A stretch of 64,000 nucleotides of DNA from an uncultured virus (IMG/VR IMGVR_UViG_2061766007_004178) (lineage: Duplodnaviria > Heunggongvirae > Uroviricota > Caudoviricetes), in the IMG/VR virus record IMGVR_UViG_2061766007_004178; one strand, 5' to 3'. Position numbers and translations under genes: made by a program. The notes beneath the pieces are model-generated. The model saw only the letters and a program-made list of their open reading frames with translations, was not told where the DNA came from and did no database searches. Positions 51,214 through 62,106 of this stretch are shown here, in pieces (within the stretch, counting starts at the first letter, position 1; every line of letters begins with the position of its first letter).

Positions 51214-51936
51214 TTAGTTGATAGGGTAGACCATATTGCTGTTGGCCCTCAATGTTTCCCTTAGTTCTTTCAGTTCTTCTGTGCCTTCTTGGAGCAGCTT
51301 GTCGCCGTCCAATGTCCATAAGGCGTTTGTCTGGGTGAATTTCGTTCTTATTCTGCCCAATTGTATCTTAACGAGCGCTAGGCTCATTCGTACCAATATG
51401 TCTTTCCAGTAGTCGCTCTTGATATCCTCTACTTTGGTGAGCTTCGGGATATACGCGATCGACACGTGTCCTGGGTTCGAGATATTGTTGTTGATGTACA
51501 GCCGGCATGCGTGCTTGTCCTCGACGTAACTCATATCCGTAGATATGGTGTTCCTTATCTGCGTCAAGGTGCTCCAGGAGGCGTAGTTCAGGACGTAATC
51601 CTGCAGGTTGAACATCGTGCCTGCGTTGCTGAACACCATCCATTGCTGCGCGTACAGCGGGTCCATCGTCAGCGAATTGCTCGCGTCTTCCGAATTGCCC
51701 GTTCCGACCACTCTGTAGACGCCGACGATCGAGCTCGATTCCTCGAGCGGGGTGCCTTTGTAATTGATGCATGACGCGAACGGGATCGTGACGTACGTGG
51801 CCTCGTCCCAGTATCTCGTCAGCTCGCGCAGGGCCTTGTTGATCGTCAGCTCGATGACGGAGTCGTCGATCTCGATATCCAAAACGCGTCCGGTAAGCTC
51901 TAATTTGATTTCTTCTACGACGTCGTTTTTGGTCAT
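51214..51936 (-). CDS. neck protein (gp13-like head-tail adaptor)
   Basis: IKLELTG...IEIDD...ALVKIQLGRIRTKF...LDGDKLLQEG pattern. Confidence 0.75.
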   Translation of the reverse strand: MTKNDVVEEIKLELTGRVLDIEIDDSVIELTINKALRELTRYWDEATYVTIPFASCINYKGTPLEESSSIVGVYRVVGTGNSEDASNSLTMDPLYAQQWMVFSNAGTMFNLQDYVLNYASWSTLTQIRNTISTDMSYVEDKHACRLYINNNISNPGHVSIAYIPKLTKVEDIKSDYWKDILVRMSLALVKIQLGRIRTKFTQTNALWTLDGDKLLQEGTEELKELRETLRANSNMVYPIN

Positions 51937-51973
51937 GAATTCTTCATTTCCCTCCTGTTCGCAAATTGTCAAT

Positions 51974-51982
51974 TAATTTAGC
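51974..51982 (-). promoter_or_regulatory. putative late promoter motif GCTAAATTA
   Basis: Exact motif. Confidence 0.65.
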
Positions 51983-52005
51983 AGATAATAATGGCTTTAT
52001 ATAAT

Positions 52006-52031
52006 AAAAAGTCTAGCTTAACTAGACTTTT
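52006..52031 (-). terminator. intrinsic terminator
   Basis: AAAAGTCTAG/CTAGACTTTT stem plus T-run. Confidence 0.6.
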
Positions 52032-52060
52032 GACGAATAGAACGCAGCTATAAATATCGC

Positions 52061-53007
52061 TTAAAAGTATAAGAAACAGCCCGGGCGACCGTCAGCTTTG
52101 AGCTCTTTTGATTCAGCTTCGGAAATGAAGCTTATGTTAGACACGTGTAACGGTTCTAAATTCAGCTTAAAATATTTTAGCGCCTCATTGATATTTCGAA
52201 GTCAGCTTACAACATGCACCCATTTTGAATATCTATAGTTGGACTCATTGACTGCATATAATTTCTGCCTGAATNNNNNNNNNNNNNNNNNGATACATAA
52301 TGTATCGCTTTCGCTTTACCATACAGCTCATTAAATTTTTCTATGGTGAAATTGTCGTTCATGACGCCGTAAGTGGCCGAAAGCTGCAACTCTGGCTTGT
52401 TTTGCCAGTCTTTATAATAGAAATTCAAGACCGCTTGATCATGCCAACCAACAGTTTTGTCGAGTTTGCCTAAATTTTCTAAAATAGACTGACCGATGCC
52501 TGGATTGTGCTCGAAGTCTCAGACGAAAAGCCCGCTGCAGAAGATAGAATCGCCTATATGATACTTAGTGGCTATTTTGTTCTTCGACGGCCATTCGTCT
52601 GCGATTGCGCTCATATGTGGGCAATCCATCAGCTCATCGATGTTGTCGAAGAACTGCATATCAGAATCTAAGTAGACTATTTTATTGAATTTCTGCTCGA
52701 TTTTAGCTCCTATAATAGCCAGCTTAGCGAAAGCGGCTTTATAATGCGGAACGTTTGCGAGACTGGTCTTTTTTGAGATCACGGAAGTCGAAATTTTTAT
52801 GATATTTAGACCAATTTGCTTTAGAATTGCTAGCGTTTTTTCAGAAACCTCTTCTGTTACGGCGCAGTACATAGGGTATTTCGTCTTAAATTTCAGCATG
52901 TCGTAATACGCGCCGATCAGCATATATACGTAATAATTGTTCGAGCTCAAAAAGAACATCCATGCTCGGTCTATTTTATTTGCTTTGTTATAGCTTACTT
53001 TCGCCAT
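52061..53007 (-). CDS. GT8-family glycosyltransferase
   Basis: KIVYLDSD (DxD), NIDEL, FCSGLFV-[TGA=W], HDQAVLN, KAIHY; TGA at 52519 and probably 52202 read as Trp; end inferred across N gap. Confidence 0.8.
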
Positions 53008-53027
53008 GACTGCGCTTAACTCCTAGC

Positions 53028-53036
53028 TAATTTAGC
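53028..53036 (-). promoter_or_regulatory. putative late promoter motif GCTAAATTA
   Basis: Exact motif upstream of GT8 gene. Confidence 0.6.
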
Positions 53037-53055
53037 TTATCAACGCGACAATTAT

Positions 53056-53081
53056 AAAAAAGACGCCCCTTACGGGGCGCC
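53056..53081 (-). terminator. intrinsic terminator after capsid gene
   Basis: GGCGCCCC-GTAA-GGGGCGTC followed by T6. Confidence 0.75.
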
Positions 53082-53112
53082 TTAGATATCGTTTGCTTAA
53101 GAGTCGCTTAGA

Positions 53113-54471
53113 CTATTCGGCGTGGGTGTGAACAACAGTGTAGGTGTTGGAATCACCACTGATGTGACCGGCGATTAAGAGGCTCTTGTTGAGAAGGGCT
53201 TTAGCGTACCAGGTGGAGAAGCCTTGGGCAAGGCCGCCATCTGGAGTGCCGAGCAACTGGGTTGGAACGATGGCCATGTATGGAGCATAGACACCGGCGG
53301 AGCTCATCATGTCGGAGCCGTTGAGACCGAAGAAGAAGTCTCCGGAATCGAGGGCTGGGGAGACGTAGATGCCCATGCCGCTGAGTTCGCCGACCTTGTA
53401 AGGTCCGTTCATCTTAGCGTTCTTGACAGCGGTGAAGCCGTTGACGAAGCTTAAGACTGGGAGAACGTCGGCAGAGATGACCATGTAGTTCGGGTGGAAT
53501 TTCTTGGTTCTCTTGTAGATGATGGCTTTGGCAGCTTCAACGACCTCTAAGAAGCCATTGTAGTGCTCGAACTTGCTGACGCCAACTGGAAGGGTCTTGG
53601 ACCACTCGAGGGTGTCACCATTTTCTTTGGCAGCCTTGTAAAGCATGTCGACGATTTCGGTGTCGATTTCGAGAGCGAGCTCGCCACAGGCTTGCTCAGC
53701 AATCTGTTTGTCAAGGCTGAAGCCATAGTCGGTCTTAGCCTGGAAAGCGGTGATCTGGTCGTAGCGGACGGCGATACGTCTTGGCTCGGCGACGAGAGCG
53801 ATTCTCTCCATTTTTGGACCGATGGTTGGAATGTCCTGAGCTGGGACGTGCTCCATCTGGAATTCTTCGCTGAAGTAAGCGACCTTAGAACCAGCGGTGA
53901 CGCCAGTGCCGGCCTTTAATTCATCAGCGGTGACGTAGGTAATGTCGCCGTTTGGAGCGATGACCTTAGCATCTTTGTGCTCGCCTTCTTTACCGAAGCG
54001 GTTGGTGGCCATTGGGGTAAGGGCGACTTTACCATCGGAACCGGCGGTCTCGATGATGACCTGAGAGGTGAAAGCAGTTCTGGCTGGGGTGATGTCGCCA
54101 AGACCGAAGACGCTGTTGAATTCGTCGCCTTTCTTGACGTCGCCTTTATCAGTCTTGCTGACGTATTTCAGGTAAGCGACAGAGCCGCTGTAAGAGGTCA
54201 TTGGGTGAACGATGACGAGATCGTTGGCGATCAATGATGGAACAGCGATGTTGGTGAGGTTTAAGCAGAATTTCTTCCAATCGCCGAGGTCAGCTCTTTC
54301 GGTGGCCTGGGTGTTCATGGATTCAGTCATCCATCTGTTGGTGTTGTCCAAGAGGACGGCAGTGGTGAGCTGGGTGTTAGCAGAGATTGTCTTGCCGTCG
54401 AAGTTTTTGGCAACGTAGGCTTCTGCGACCTTTAATTGACGACCATAGGTCTCAAGTAAATTTTGTCTCAT
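53113..54471 (-). CDS. major capsid protein (T4 gp23-like)
   Basis: VPSLIANDLVIVHPMTSYSGSVAYL, ELALEIDTEI, AGVYAPYM; strongly biased codon usage. Confidence 0.92.
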   Translation of the reverse strand: MRQNLLETYGRQLKVAEAYVAKNFDGKTISANTQLTTAVLLDNTNRWMTESMNTQATERADLGDWKKFCLNLTNIAVPSLIANDLVIVHPMTSYSGSVAYLKYVSKTDKGDVKKGDEFNSVFGLGDITPARTAFTSQVIIETAGSDGKVALTPMATNRFGKEGEHKDAKVIAPNGDITYVTADELKAGTGVTAGSKVAYFSEEFQMEHVPAQDIPTIGPKMERIALVAEPRRIAVRYDQITAFQAKTDYGFSLDKQIAEQACGELALEIDTEIVDMLYKAAKENGDTLEWSKTLPVGVSKFEHYNGFLEVVEAAKAIIYKRTKKFHPNYMVISADVLPVLSFVNGFTAVKNAKMNGPYKVGELSGMGIYVSPALDSGDFFFGLNGSDMMSSAGVYAPYMAIVPTQLLGTPDGGLAQGFSTWYAKALLNKSLLIAGHISGDSNTYTVVHTHAE

Positions 54472-54507
54472 TGTTTTCTCCTAAGAATTGTGGCAGTAAG
54501 ATGCCGG

Positions 54508-56299
54508 CTATTTGATGTCAGAATAGTCAAGGCCAGCAAGATTCAACAGATCGTCGAACGCGTCGTCCTTAACGCGAGGCTGGACGGCTTCGTTGACCTT
54601 AGCTCTTGTGCCGAAACCTAAACTGAACTGCGGTCTGCCTTCGTTGAGCAGATCGTCGCAAACATTGTCGATATCATCTAACGAGTAGCTTTCGGCAAGT
54701 TTGCTAGTGATATCTTGAGGTCTGACGCCGAGCATTTTGGCTTTGTTGGCAATATACTTCTCAATGACTGAGTCGTACTTGGCTTTGTACGTCTTGGCGA
54801 GCGTCGTCCTATCTTGGACTTTCTTTCTCGCGACGGCAAGCTCTTCGGTCAGTTTCTTCTCCGTCTCATCGGCCTCCGTCTGGGCGGCGGCTAATTGTTC
54901 GGTGAGCTCTTTGACCTTCGCCTTATCGGCGTTGATGCTTTCTGTCAGGCTGACGTGGTTTTCAACTTTCGTTTTAAGATCGTTTATCTCGGTATCTTTC
55001 GAGATGAGCTGCTCATTGAGGGACTTGATGTCTTTCTCAAGGGCAATCGATTTCGATGCAAGCTCGCTTATCCTCATGAAGCCGCTCTTGTATTTCGCAA
55101 GTTCCTCTTCCAACTTCTTAACCTCGGCATCGCTAACTGTCTTCTGGTTTTTGAGTTCCTTGTTCTCGGCTTCGAGCATGTCTTTCTGGCGAATGGCTTC
55201 CTTCAGGCTTTCGATCACCTCGTCGTCTCCGGCATCGCCGGCCTCTTCTGCGGCCTCTTCCGCGCTGGCCTCTGCGGCTTCGTCAGTGCTTTCATCATTT
55301 ATAGTCTCGTCTTCTTTTGGAAGATCGTTACTATCGTCTTTTTCCTCGCTGAATTCGGTTTCCAGGATTGCTTTCTCTTCCTCAGTGGCCTCGACTTCGA
55401 TTTTCGGGGCGTCTGGGTTGTCTTCCTGGCCTTTTTCGGCGATTACGATTTTATCATCGGATTCCTCCGATGGCGCGACGTCGATTTTGTCTTTGATGAC
55501 GTCGAGCGGAGTTTTCTCTCCTTCTTCTTCTTTCGTTTCCTCATCGGCGGCCTCTGGCTCAGGGGTCTCGATTTCGGCGGTATCTATCTCAGCGGTCTCT
55601 TCGCTCTCTTCGGTCAGGCTCTCTTGAGCGGCCTCAGGATCCTCGACTGGGATGTCTTCGAGCGCAGGGGCTGCGGATTCATCTAATTTGATGTCCATCT
55701 TATCTAATGATTCTTTCATGATTTTCTTGTCTTCGTCGCTAGCGGCGTCATAGCTTTCTTGCAAGGCGACTTTCAATGGCTTCTTGCCGTCGAATGATTC
55801 GCAGACTTGCAATCTGGCTTTCTTTACGGCAGGAAGGGCGACGATGTCCCAGGTCTCCAAGAAGAACGTATCAGGGTCGACCTCATCGTTGGCCATGATG
55901 TCCCCTGAGCCTCTCGATGAGATGCCAGGGACGAAGCCGTAGTCGCAGAAAGTCTTGAGGAGCTTTCCGTTAGGGGTATCTAATATATCGATGTAGGCGT
56001 AAAGGTCCTCATTGACGATTTTAGGCATCTCTGGGATGCAGGCGCAGACCATCTTCATGTCGGTCTCTTCCCTGTCGGCAGGATGTCCTAATTCCAAGAA
56101 CAAGCTTTTAGTCGCTAATTTCTCTTTGAAGATGTCGTCGGCCAAAGCCTTCTCCCACAGCTCCTTGTTGTATCTGCGGCCGTTTCTCGTGCTCTCTTTG
56201 CAAGTGGCGATAGGGCCATATAATCTGCCAAGGATGTGGNNNNNNNNNNNNNNNNNNNNNNNNNNNNNNNNNNNNNNNNNNNNNNNNNTCAGCGTCCAT
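54508..56299 (-). CDS. prohead core protease (gp21-like) fused to acidic and coiled-coil scaffold region
   Basis: TRNGRRY, ELGHP, ILDTPNG, GISSRGSG, WDIVALP; then long acidic linker and coiled coil. Confidence 0.88.
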
Positions 56300-56390
56300 T
56301 TCTCGGTCTCCTTTAAAATTTAGCAATCGCGTTTTTAATAAATTATTAAATTATTAAAAAGTCATGCTTGCGATCTTGTCAGTTGTCAAT

Positions 56391-56399
56391 TAATTTAGC
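56391..56399 (-). promoter_or_regulatory. putative late promoter motif GCTAAATTA
   Basis: Exact motif; a variant GCTAAATTT lies near 56317. Confidence 0.65.
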
Positions 56400-56427
56400 G
56401 AATAAAATGGAAATAGTTTAATAAAAT

Positions 56428-56453
56428 AATAAAAAGCCCCGATAAGGGGCTTT
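56428..56453 (-). terminator. intrinsic terminator
   Basis: AAAGCCCC-TTATC-GGGGCTTT plus T-run. Confidence 0.7.
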
Positions 56454-56476
56454 CTGTCGTTTTGCTTGAATTTCGA

Positions 56477-56950
56477 TTAGGCCAGCATATCACGCCTTCC
56501 GGCGATGTATTCTAGCACTAAGAGGTCTGATTTGATCAGTCGGATCAAGCTCAGGCATTCCTCATAAAGGCCGGTCTTGAAGTAGCCGTTCAAGACTCTG
56601 GTGAGCTCTTCCGCCCTGACCTCTCTGAAGAACTGGTCTTTGTTGTCCAGCTTTTTGCCGTAAAGCAAGACCTGGGTCAGAAGGCAGGACAGCGTGGTTA
56701 TCACGTCCTGAGGGTCGTCGATGTCCTTCAATATATTGGTATACAGAGGCGATTTGTTTTTGTTGTGGCTTTTGCGGAGCATTTCATAGAAATGGCTCAC
56801 TTCGAGGCCGCGGTTGTCGGAGATGAATTTGAGGACGTCGAGCGGGATGTCGCGCGATACCACGAGCTTCCTCATGTATGGGTTGACGCCCGAGACGCCG
56901 CTTTCGTCTAGCTTAGTCAATATCGACAAGCAATCGTTTTTTGTGATCAT
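56477..56950 (-). CDS. hypothetical helical protein in head module
   Basis: 157 aa ORF with AAGGA RBS between portal and protease. Confidence 0.7.
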   Translation of the reverse strand: MITKNDCLSILTKLDESGVSGVNPYMRKLVVSRDIPLDVLKFISDNRGLEVSHFYEMLRKSHNKNKSPLYTNILKDIDDPQDVITTLSCLLTQVLLYGKKLDNKDQFFREVRAEELTRVLNGYFKTGLYEECLSLIRLIKSDLLVLEYIAGRRDMLA

Positions 56951-56974
56951 GATGGTGTTTCCTTTCGAATTCCG

Positions 56975-58984
56975 TTAGTTGTTCTCTGAGAAGTCGCGGT
57001 CTGCGTCGGCTTCCTCAGGGGTCGGGAGATCGTCTTCGTCTTCGAAGAGCTGGTCTTCGGTCAGAGACGACGTTCCGGCTGCCGGCTTGAAGTTCTCTTC
57101 CTTGATCTCTTCGTCCGGCATCGGCGCGAGGTCTAAATCCTCTTCTTCGCCGCTGGTCTCCTCTGGCTCAGGAGAGCCGAGGTTGAGGTCGGTTCCGCCG
57201 CTGCCGTTGTCTGAGCTTCCGGAGTTTCCTCCGCCGAGGTCGACGTCCGCACTCTTTGCCTCTTCTTCTTTAGCTGCTTTCTTCTTCTCGGCTTCGGCGG
57301 CGTCGATTTCCTTCTGGATTTCGGCGCTGACTTCGTCGCCTAAGTGTAAAGTAGTGACCAATGATTTGAGAATGGCCAATCTTCTGGCCTTGTCTTCGAT
57401 ATCGGTGAACAGGCTGTTGACGTTGCTGACGGCGTTGATCTTGTCGCCGAAGTTGGAGCGGTATTCTTTCTCTTCGCTGGTCAATGGGGCTCTCATTCTG
57501 AGGACGAAGTTGTTGAGGTAGGCTTTGCAGCCTTTATTCAATAATATGAGGTTGATCGCGTCGGTGATGGTCTGCAGGATCGTGTTCTGGATTCTTTCGA
57601 CGCCTTTGGCGTAGACGCTTGAGATTACGCTCAACGCGGATCCGCCGTTGAAGCCAGCGCCGTCTTCGGTCCAGCCGAAATACTGTTTCGGGACGCCGTA
57701 AGACGAATAGAACTTCGTATTCCACCAATCTAAGTCGGTGAGCTGCTTAGGGTCGTAATCGCCGCCGACGGATTCGACGGAGATGGCGCCCTGGCCATTA
57801 TGCGTGGCGTAGTAGATGAAGTTCTCTACTGGGCTTGGGTTCGTGTATTCTGAGAACGATTTGCCTTCGTTGAGCGCGTCGTGCTGCTCGAATAAGGCTT
57901 TGACCCTTCTTAAGGTCTGCGTGACCTGCTCTTTAGGCATGTCGCCGACTTCTACGGCGACTTTCCTGACTATGCCGGAACGGGTGATGCGGCTCAATAA
58001 GATGGCCGATTCGAGCAAGGCTTTCTCTCGCCAGATCTTATATGAATCGTATAACAGCGATTTGCCGCGCCTGACCGTGTAGCTTTGGCTGCCGCTTGTG
58101 TTGGTCGCCGAGCCTGTCTTTCTCTTGGCCGTCTTGGTGTCGACGTCGTCTATGAACAGGTTCACCGTCTCTGGGAAGCGTCCGATGTTGTCTTCGAGCG
58201 CGCCATGGACGAAATCGTCGGCCTGATAGACGTTGACGTCGCTGGTCTTGAATGCGAACGCGTAGCCGTTCTGCCCGTTGGCGGACATCATGCCAGTCGT
58301 TCCGCCGATGTACGAGGTCTGGTCGAACATGACCGGGTTGTTAGGCGTTTCGATGTATCCGAAAGTCTGGCCGTGTCTGGTCAGCTCGTACATGGTCGAT
58401 GGGTCTGGGACCATCTCGATGTAGTAGCTGTAATTGTCGTCGCTGCTGTGCAAGACGACGTTGACTGATTCATCGAGCGATTCATGCAGCTTCTGCCTGC
58501 TTTCAGTTTTGAACAGCGCGTCCTGATACTCGGATTCTCTGTAAAGCCTGAGGTAGACGTCGCCGTATTTGATGAGGCAGTATACCCATTTGCCGATGTT
58601 TTTGTCGACGTTCATGACGTTGAGCAGGTAGTTGACGAATTTGCTGATGCTCGGGTTCTCCGATTCGCACCAGACTATGTGCTCATTGTCCGATTTGCAG
58701 CAGACGTCATCGGTGTATGTCCTGACGATCGCGGAAACCGCAGAATCGTTGCACATCGTGTCTATCATCTGATAGATTTGGTCTCTCGCGTTCGAGATGG
58801 TCGTGAACCTGTCGAGCGCCGAGATGTCGAGCCTGCTGGTCAACCCCGCTTCGATGATGTTGTCAACCAGCGTTTTCTTGGTGTCGATGTCTAATTTAGT
58901 AGTGTCATCCAGTACCACTGGTTTGGCCTGATTACCGATCAGGGAGCTTTTTGGCTTCTTTGATGATTTCTTTGTTTCAGCCAT
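56975..58984 (-). CDS. portal protein (T4 gp20-like)
   Basis: LIKYGDVYLRL, RGKSLL...LESAILLSRITR, VEVGDMPK, YGVPKQYFG; follows terminase. Confidence 0.88.
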   Translation of the reverse strand: MAETKKSSKKPKSSLIGNQAKPVVLDDTTKLDIDTKKTLVDNIIEAGLTSRLDISALDRFTTISNARDQIYQMIDTMCNDSAVSAIVRTYTDDVCCKSDNEHIVWCESENPSISKFVNYLLNVMNVDKNIGKWVYCLIKYGDVYLRLYRESEYQDALFKTESRQKLHESLDESVNVVLHSSDDNYSYYIEMVPDPSTMYELTRHGQTFGYIETPNNPVMFDQTSYIGGTTGMMSANGQNGYAFAFKTSDVNVYQADDFVHGALEDNIGRFPETVNLFIDDVDTKTAKRKTGSATNTSGSQSYTVRRGKSLLYDSYKIWREKALLESAILLSRITRSGIVRKVAVEVGDMPKEQVTQTLRRVKALFEQHDALNEGKSFSEYTNPSPVENFIYYATHNGQGAISVESVGGDYDPKQLTDLDWWNTKFYSSYGVPKQYFGWTEDGAGFNGGSALSVISSVYAKGVERIQNTILQTITDAINLILLNKGCKAYLNNFVLRMRAPLTSEEKEYRSNFGDKINAVSNVNSLFTDIEDKARRLAILKSLVTTLHLGDEVSAEIQKEIDAAEAEKKKAAKEEEAKSADVDLGGGNSGSSDNGSGGTDLNLGSPEPEETSGEEEDLDLAPMPDEEIKEENFKPAAGTSSLTEDQLFEDEDDLPTPEEADADRDFSENN

Positions 58985-59001
58985 TTTCAATCTCCTTTAA
59001 T

Positions 59002-61091
59002 TTATATAACTATGATGCCGTCTGCGATGTCTTTCCAGGTCTCATACTCGGCTTTCTCAGCTTGGGTCCTTTCGTCGTCGCAGTCTTTCAGCTCAGCGTA
59101 GATTTTCTGCAGCTCGGCCTGATAATCGGCCATGAGCTGCTTCTTGTCTTTCGAATCTTCCGTCTTCATGCTGACGCTGAGCGAAGCATCGATGTTATCT
59201 CCGTAGTTATATGCGTATTCCTCCGCATGCTTGCTGGCGTTCCATAAGGCGCCGACGACGGCGTCTATCTGGTCTTTTGAACCGGATCTGCCCGCGTCAG
59301 GGTGTTCGATATGGCCGTCTGACAGCCTTTCGAGGCCCAAGACCTCTTCGGTCAGGAATTTGCATTCTTTGTATATCTTCAATCGCATATCCGTCATGGT
59401 GGTTTTGAAATATGCGTATTGATCTTGCTGCTGCGTTCTTGCGTTGACGCGGTCGACTGATATCTGCGTATAGGCGAATCCGTCGGACTCAAGATCCTGT
59501 CCCATTATTGATCCGCTTCAAGAGTCGGTCGAAACGCCTTTGATGTTGAAGCCCTGGTCTCTCAGCCATCTGAGGAAATTCCTGTGCTTCATGAAGCTGA
59601 TGGAGTATCCTTTAGGCGCTTTGATCGAAATGGAGAACGCGAGCCTGTAATACATCTCTCGCGTGATGTCTTCACCTTCGATGCTCGGTCGCTTGCCTTC
59701 TATCCAAACGCCTGCGATGCCGGTTTTGTCACCCTTGCCTTTTTGGCCTGACGACATATCTAAGTGGATGAACAGCGGCCTGGCTTTCCATTTGTCTGGG
59801 ATTTTCGACAAATCGAAGAAATTGGCGTACTGCGCATGATCTTCTGGATTGGTACCGACCTCAATATATCCGGTATCGGTCATCGCGAATGGGTTTTCGT
59901 AATTGTCTTTTATGCGGTTCCAGATGGCGCCTGATATATATTTAACAGCGGAAGCCGTCGATTTGCCGGCGATTTCCATCAAGGCCAATTCNNNNNNNNN
60001 NNNNNNNNNNNNNNNNNNNCGCTAGGAATGCTGAGTATTTCGGTATAGCCTTTCGCTCTGTAGACGCTTTCGTCTACGTCGTCCGGGATCAGCTCGTTAG
60101 GCAAATATCTGTCGCCGACGGCGACTTTGAACCATTTGCCTGTCTGCTTTCTGCTGTCGACGATCCATTGAGGCTCATCGACGATGAGGGTCGTCTTGGA
60201 TTCATTTTTCTTCTTCATCTCGATATAGTCGTCCAAGAACGACTGATCGCTCGTTTTCGAAGATGCGATTATGTTCAATGTAGGCAGGTAGTCTCCGCGC
60301 AAGAAACGGGAAGCCATACGTGAATCGACTTGCGAGATGATCTGCTTAAGCCTTTCTTTCTGCCTTTCGACGTTCGTGCTTCTGGCGTCGAAGTTGACCT
60401 CATCCTCGAAGGACGCGAACAGAGCGCGGCCTATGATTTGGTTGTTGGATGAGGCGCATACGAATTCGATGTGCTTCTCAGGGCGGTAAATCAGGTTCGT
60501 CGTGCCATGCATCTCGCCGTGGGCCATGAATCAGTCGCTGGCCAATATCAGCTGATTGAGTTTGTCCAAAGCGACGCCTTTGGCGTTCTCGATGGTGATG
60601 TTCATCAGGGAGATCGTGATTTTGTCGATGGCCTGCATGCCGTAATATGTGTATGGGTCATGGAGGCAAAGCAGTCTGTAGAGCATGTATAGCAAACAGA
60701 CGACCGCGAAGGTCGATTTGCCGATACCGATGGCGCCGGTCAATATGATCGTGTTGTATTTGGTCGAGATGTTGTCGGGGAATACGTCCTCGAGCACTTT
60801 CTCTCAGTATGGGAAAAGCGTGAACCTTCCGTCTCTGTCGTATAAGCCGTTGCCGAGATAGGTCCTGTCATGCAAGAACGTATGGATGTCGACCGGTATC
60901 TCGTCGAANNNNNNNNNNNNNNNNNNNNNNNNNNNNNNNNNNNNNNNNNNNGATTTGCCGTCGTTCGCCAAAACCTCTTTGAAGATCTTCATGACCGCTT
61001 CCCTCTCTTCGCGGGAAAGCGGCCCCATGATCTCGTCGTATCCTGGGACGTTCGCTTCTGATATGTTAAGGTCCTTTAAATCGTCTGACAT
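59002..61091 (-). CDS. terL: terminase large subunit
   Basis: Walker A GAIGIGKST, Walker B-like FEDEV, IASS, nuclease IHLDMS, SKDQIDA; five track ORFs join via TGA at 60804, 60531, 59518 and one N gap. Confidence 0.9.
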
Positions 61092-61141
61092 ATTATGTTA
61101 TAATATTATACATTAATCGGCGTCGTATCTGAGTTTTCGCG

Positions 61142-62044
61142 CTATTCCTCGGATTCCTCGCCTTCTTCTTTCTCTTCTGGTTCGGTTTTTTCGGCCTTAG
61201 GCTCTTCCTTCTTCCTAGGTCCGCCGGTTCCCGTGACCGGGTTCTTGTTGCTGCCTGGCTTGTATCTGCCGCGCGTCTTTCCGTAATCGTTGATGGCGTC
61301 GATCAGGCCTGCAGACGAATCGAGGAATTTCTCGTCGTCGATGAGGTCCTGTTCGACCATCTCACTGGCCGGTATTCCGTAAAGCTTAGGGAAGATGAGC
61401 TTGAGGAACGGTTTTTGCAGATGCTCTTCGGCGTAGTGGACGTAGTTGTTTACGACCGAAGCCACTTTCAGCACCCAATCTCCGTTGGCCAGCACGAGCA
61501 GAACGTGCTTGCATCCGCGGCCCATATCGTCTTTAGGGTTCCTGATTCCATGTCCTGGGCCTGGGTCGCTGGCTGAATCGTCTACCGATACGTTGTTCAC
61601 GATATTCCAATGGGCGAAGCGATATTTGTAGTCGTCGCAGTTGCACTTGACGTAGATGTCTTTCGTATTGAATATCCTCGTGATGGCCTGGATGACCGTT
61701 CTGTATTCGAATTGGTTTTTGTTGTTTTTGATGTTCCTCGCCATCTCGGCGACGATTCCTTCCATCTTGACGGACACAGTATAGCTGTCCGTCTCTCCCT
61801 GGACCGGGATATGGACTATGAGCGTGTCCTCTTTGAACAGCTTGTTCATGTCGATCTGGTTATACTGCTTGACGGTCTTGGCGATTTGGGAGTATTTCTT
61901 CCTCTCGAACCTGTTCTTGCCTTTGACCGGATTCATATACGGGCCGACGTTCCTTGAATTGGAAACGAGCATATTTCTTGTAGCTTCTGTCAATTTAGTC
62001 CACATGGCTTGCTCCTTTGGTGCAGTCTCAGTATAATTTAGCAA
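61142..62044 (-). CDS. SWIM zinc-finger domain protein
   Basis: VKCNCDDY...RGCKH (CxC...CxH); real start probably MWTKLTEA at about 62005 after AAGGAG. Confidence 0.7.
   Translation of the reverse strand: MLNYTETAPKEQAMWTKLTEATRNMLVSNSRNVGPYMNPVKGKNRFERKKYSQIAKTVKQYNQIDMNKLFKEDTLIVHIPVQGETDSYTVSVKMEGIVAEMARNIKNNKNQFEYRTVIQAITRIFNTKDIYVKCNCDDYKYRFAHWNIVNNVSVDDSASDPGPGHGIRNPKDDMGRGCKHVLLVLANGDWVLKVASVVNNYVHYAEEHLQKPFLKLIFPKLYGIPASEMVEQDLIDDEKFLDSSAGLIDAINDYGKTRGRYKPGSNKNPVTGTGGPRKKEEPKAEKTEPEEKEEGEESEE
62034..62042 (-). promoter_or_regulatory. putative late promoter motif GCTAAATTA
   Basis: Exact motif. Confidence 0.65.
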
Positions 62045-62061
62045 ATAGATTTATTAAAAAT

Positions 62062-62091
62062 AAAGAAAAAGCCCGCGTTTAAGCGAGCTTT
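62062..62091 (-). terminator. intrinsic terminator
   Basis: AAAGCTCGC/GCGGGCTTT stem plus T-run. Confidence 0.6.
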
Positions 62092-62106
62092 GGTTTCAGC
62101 CATGTT

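Noticed and set aside
3604..60020. Apparent frameshifts in RNA ligase, pncB, sheath, tape measure, baseplate wedge, the 48.4-51.2 kb gene, protease and terminase
   Set aside because: Each frame change coincides with a run of Ns whose length is unreliable, so they are not evidence of biological frameshifting.
59002..61091. Terminase (and other split genes) as pseudogenes or intron/intein-split genes
   Set aside because: The fragments are in frame and separated by single TGA codons or by N gaps; no intervening sequence is present.
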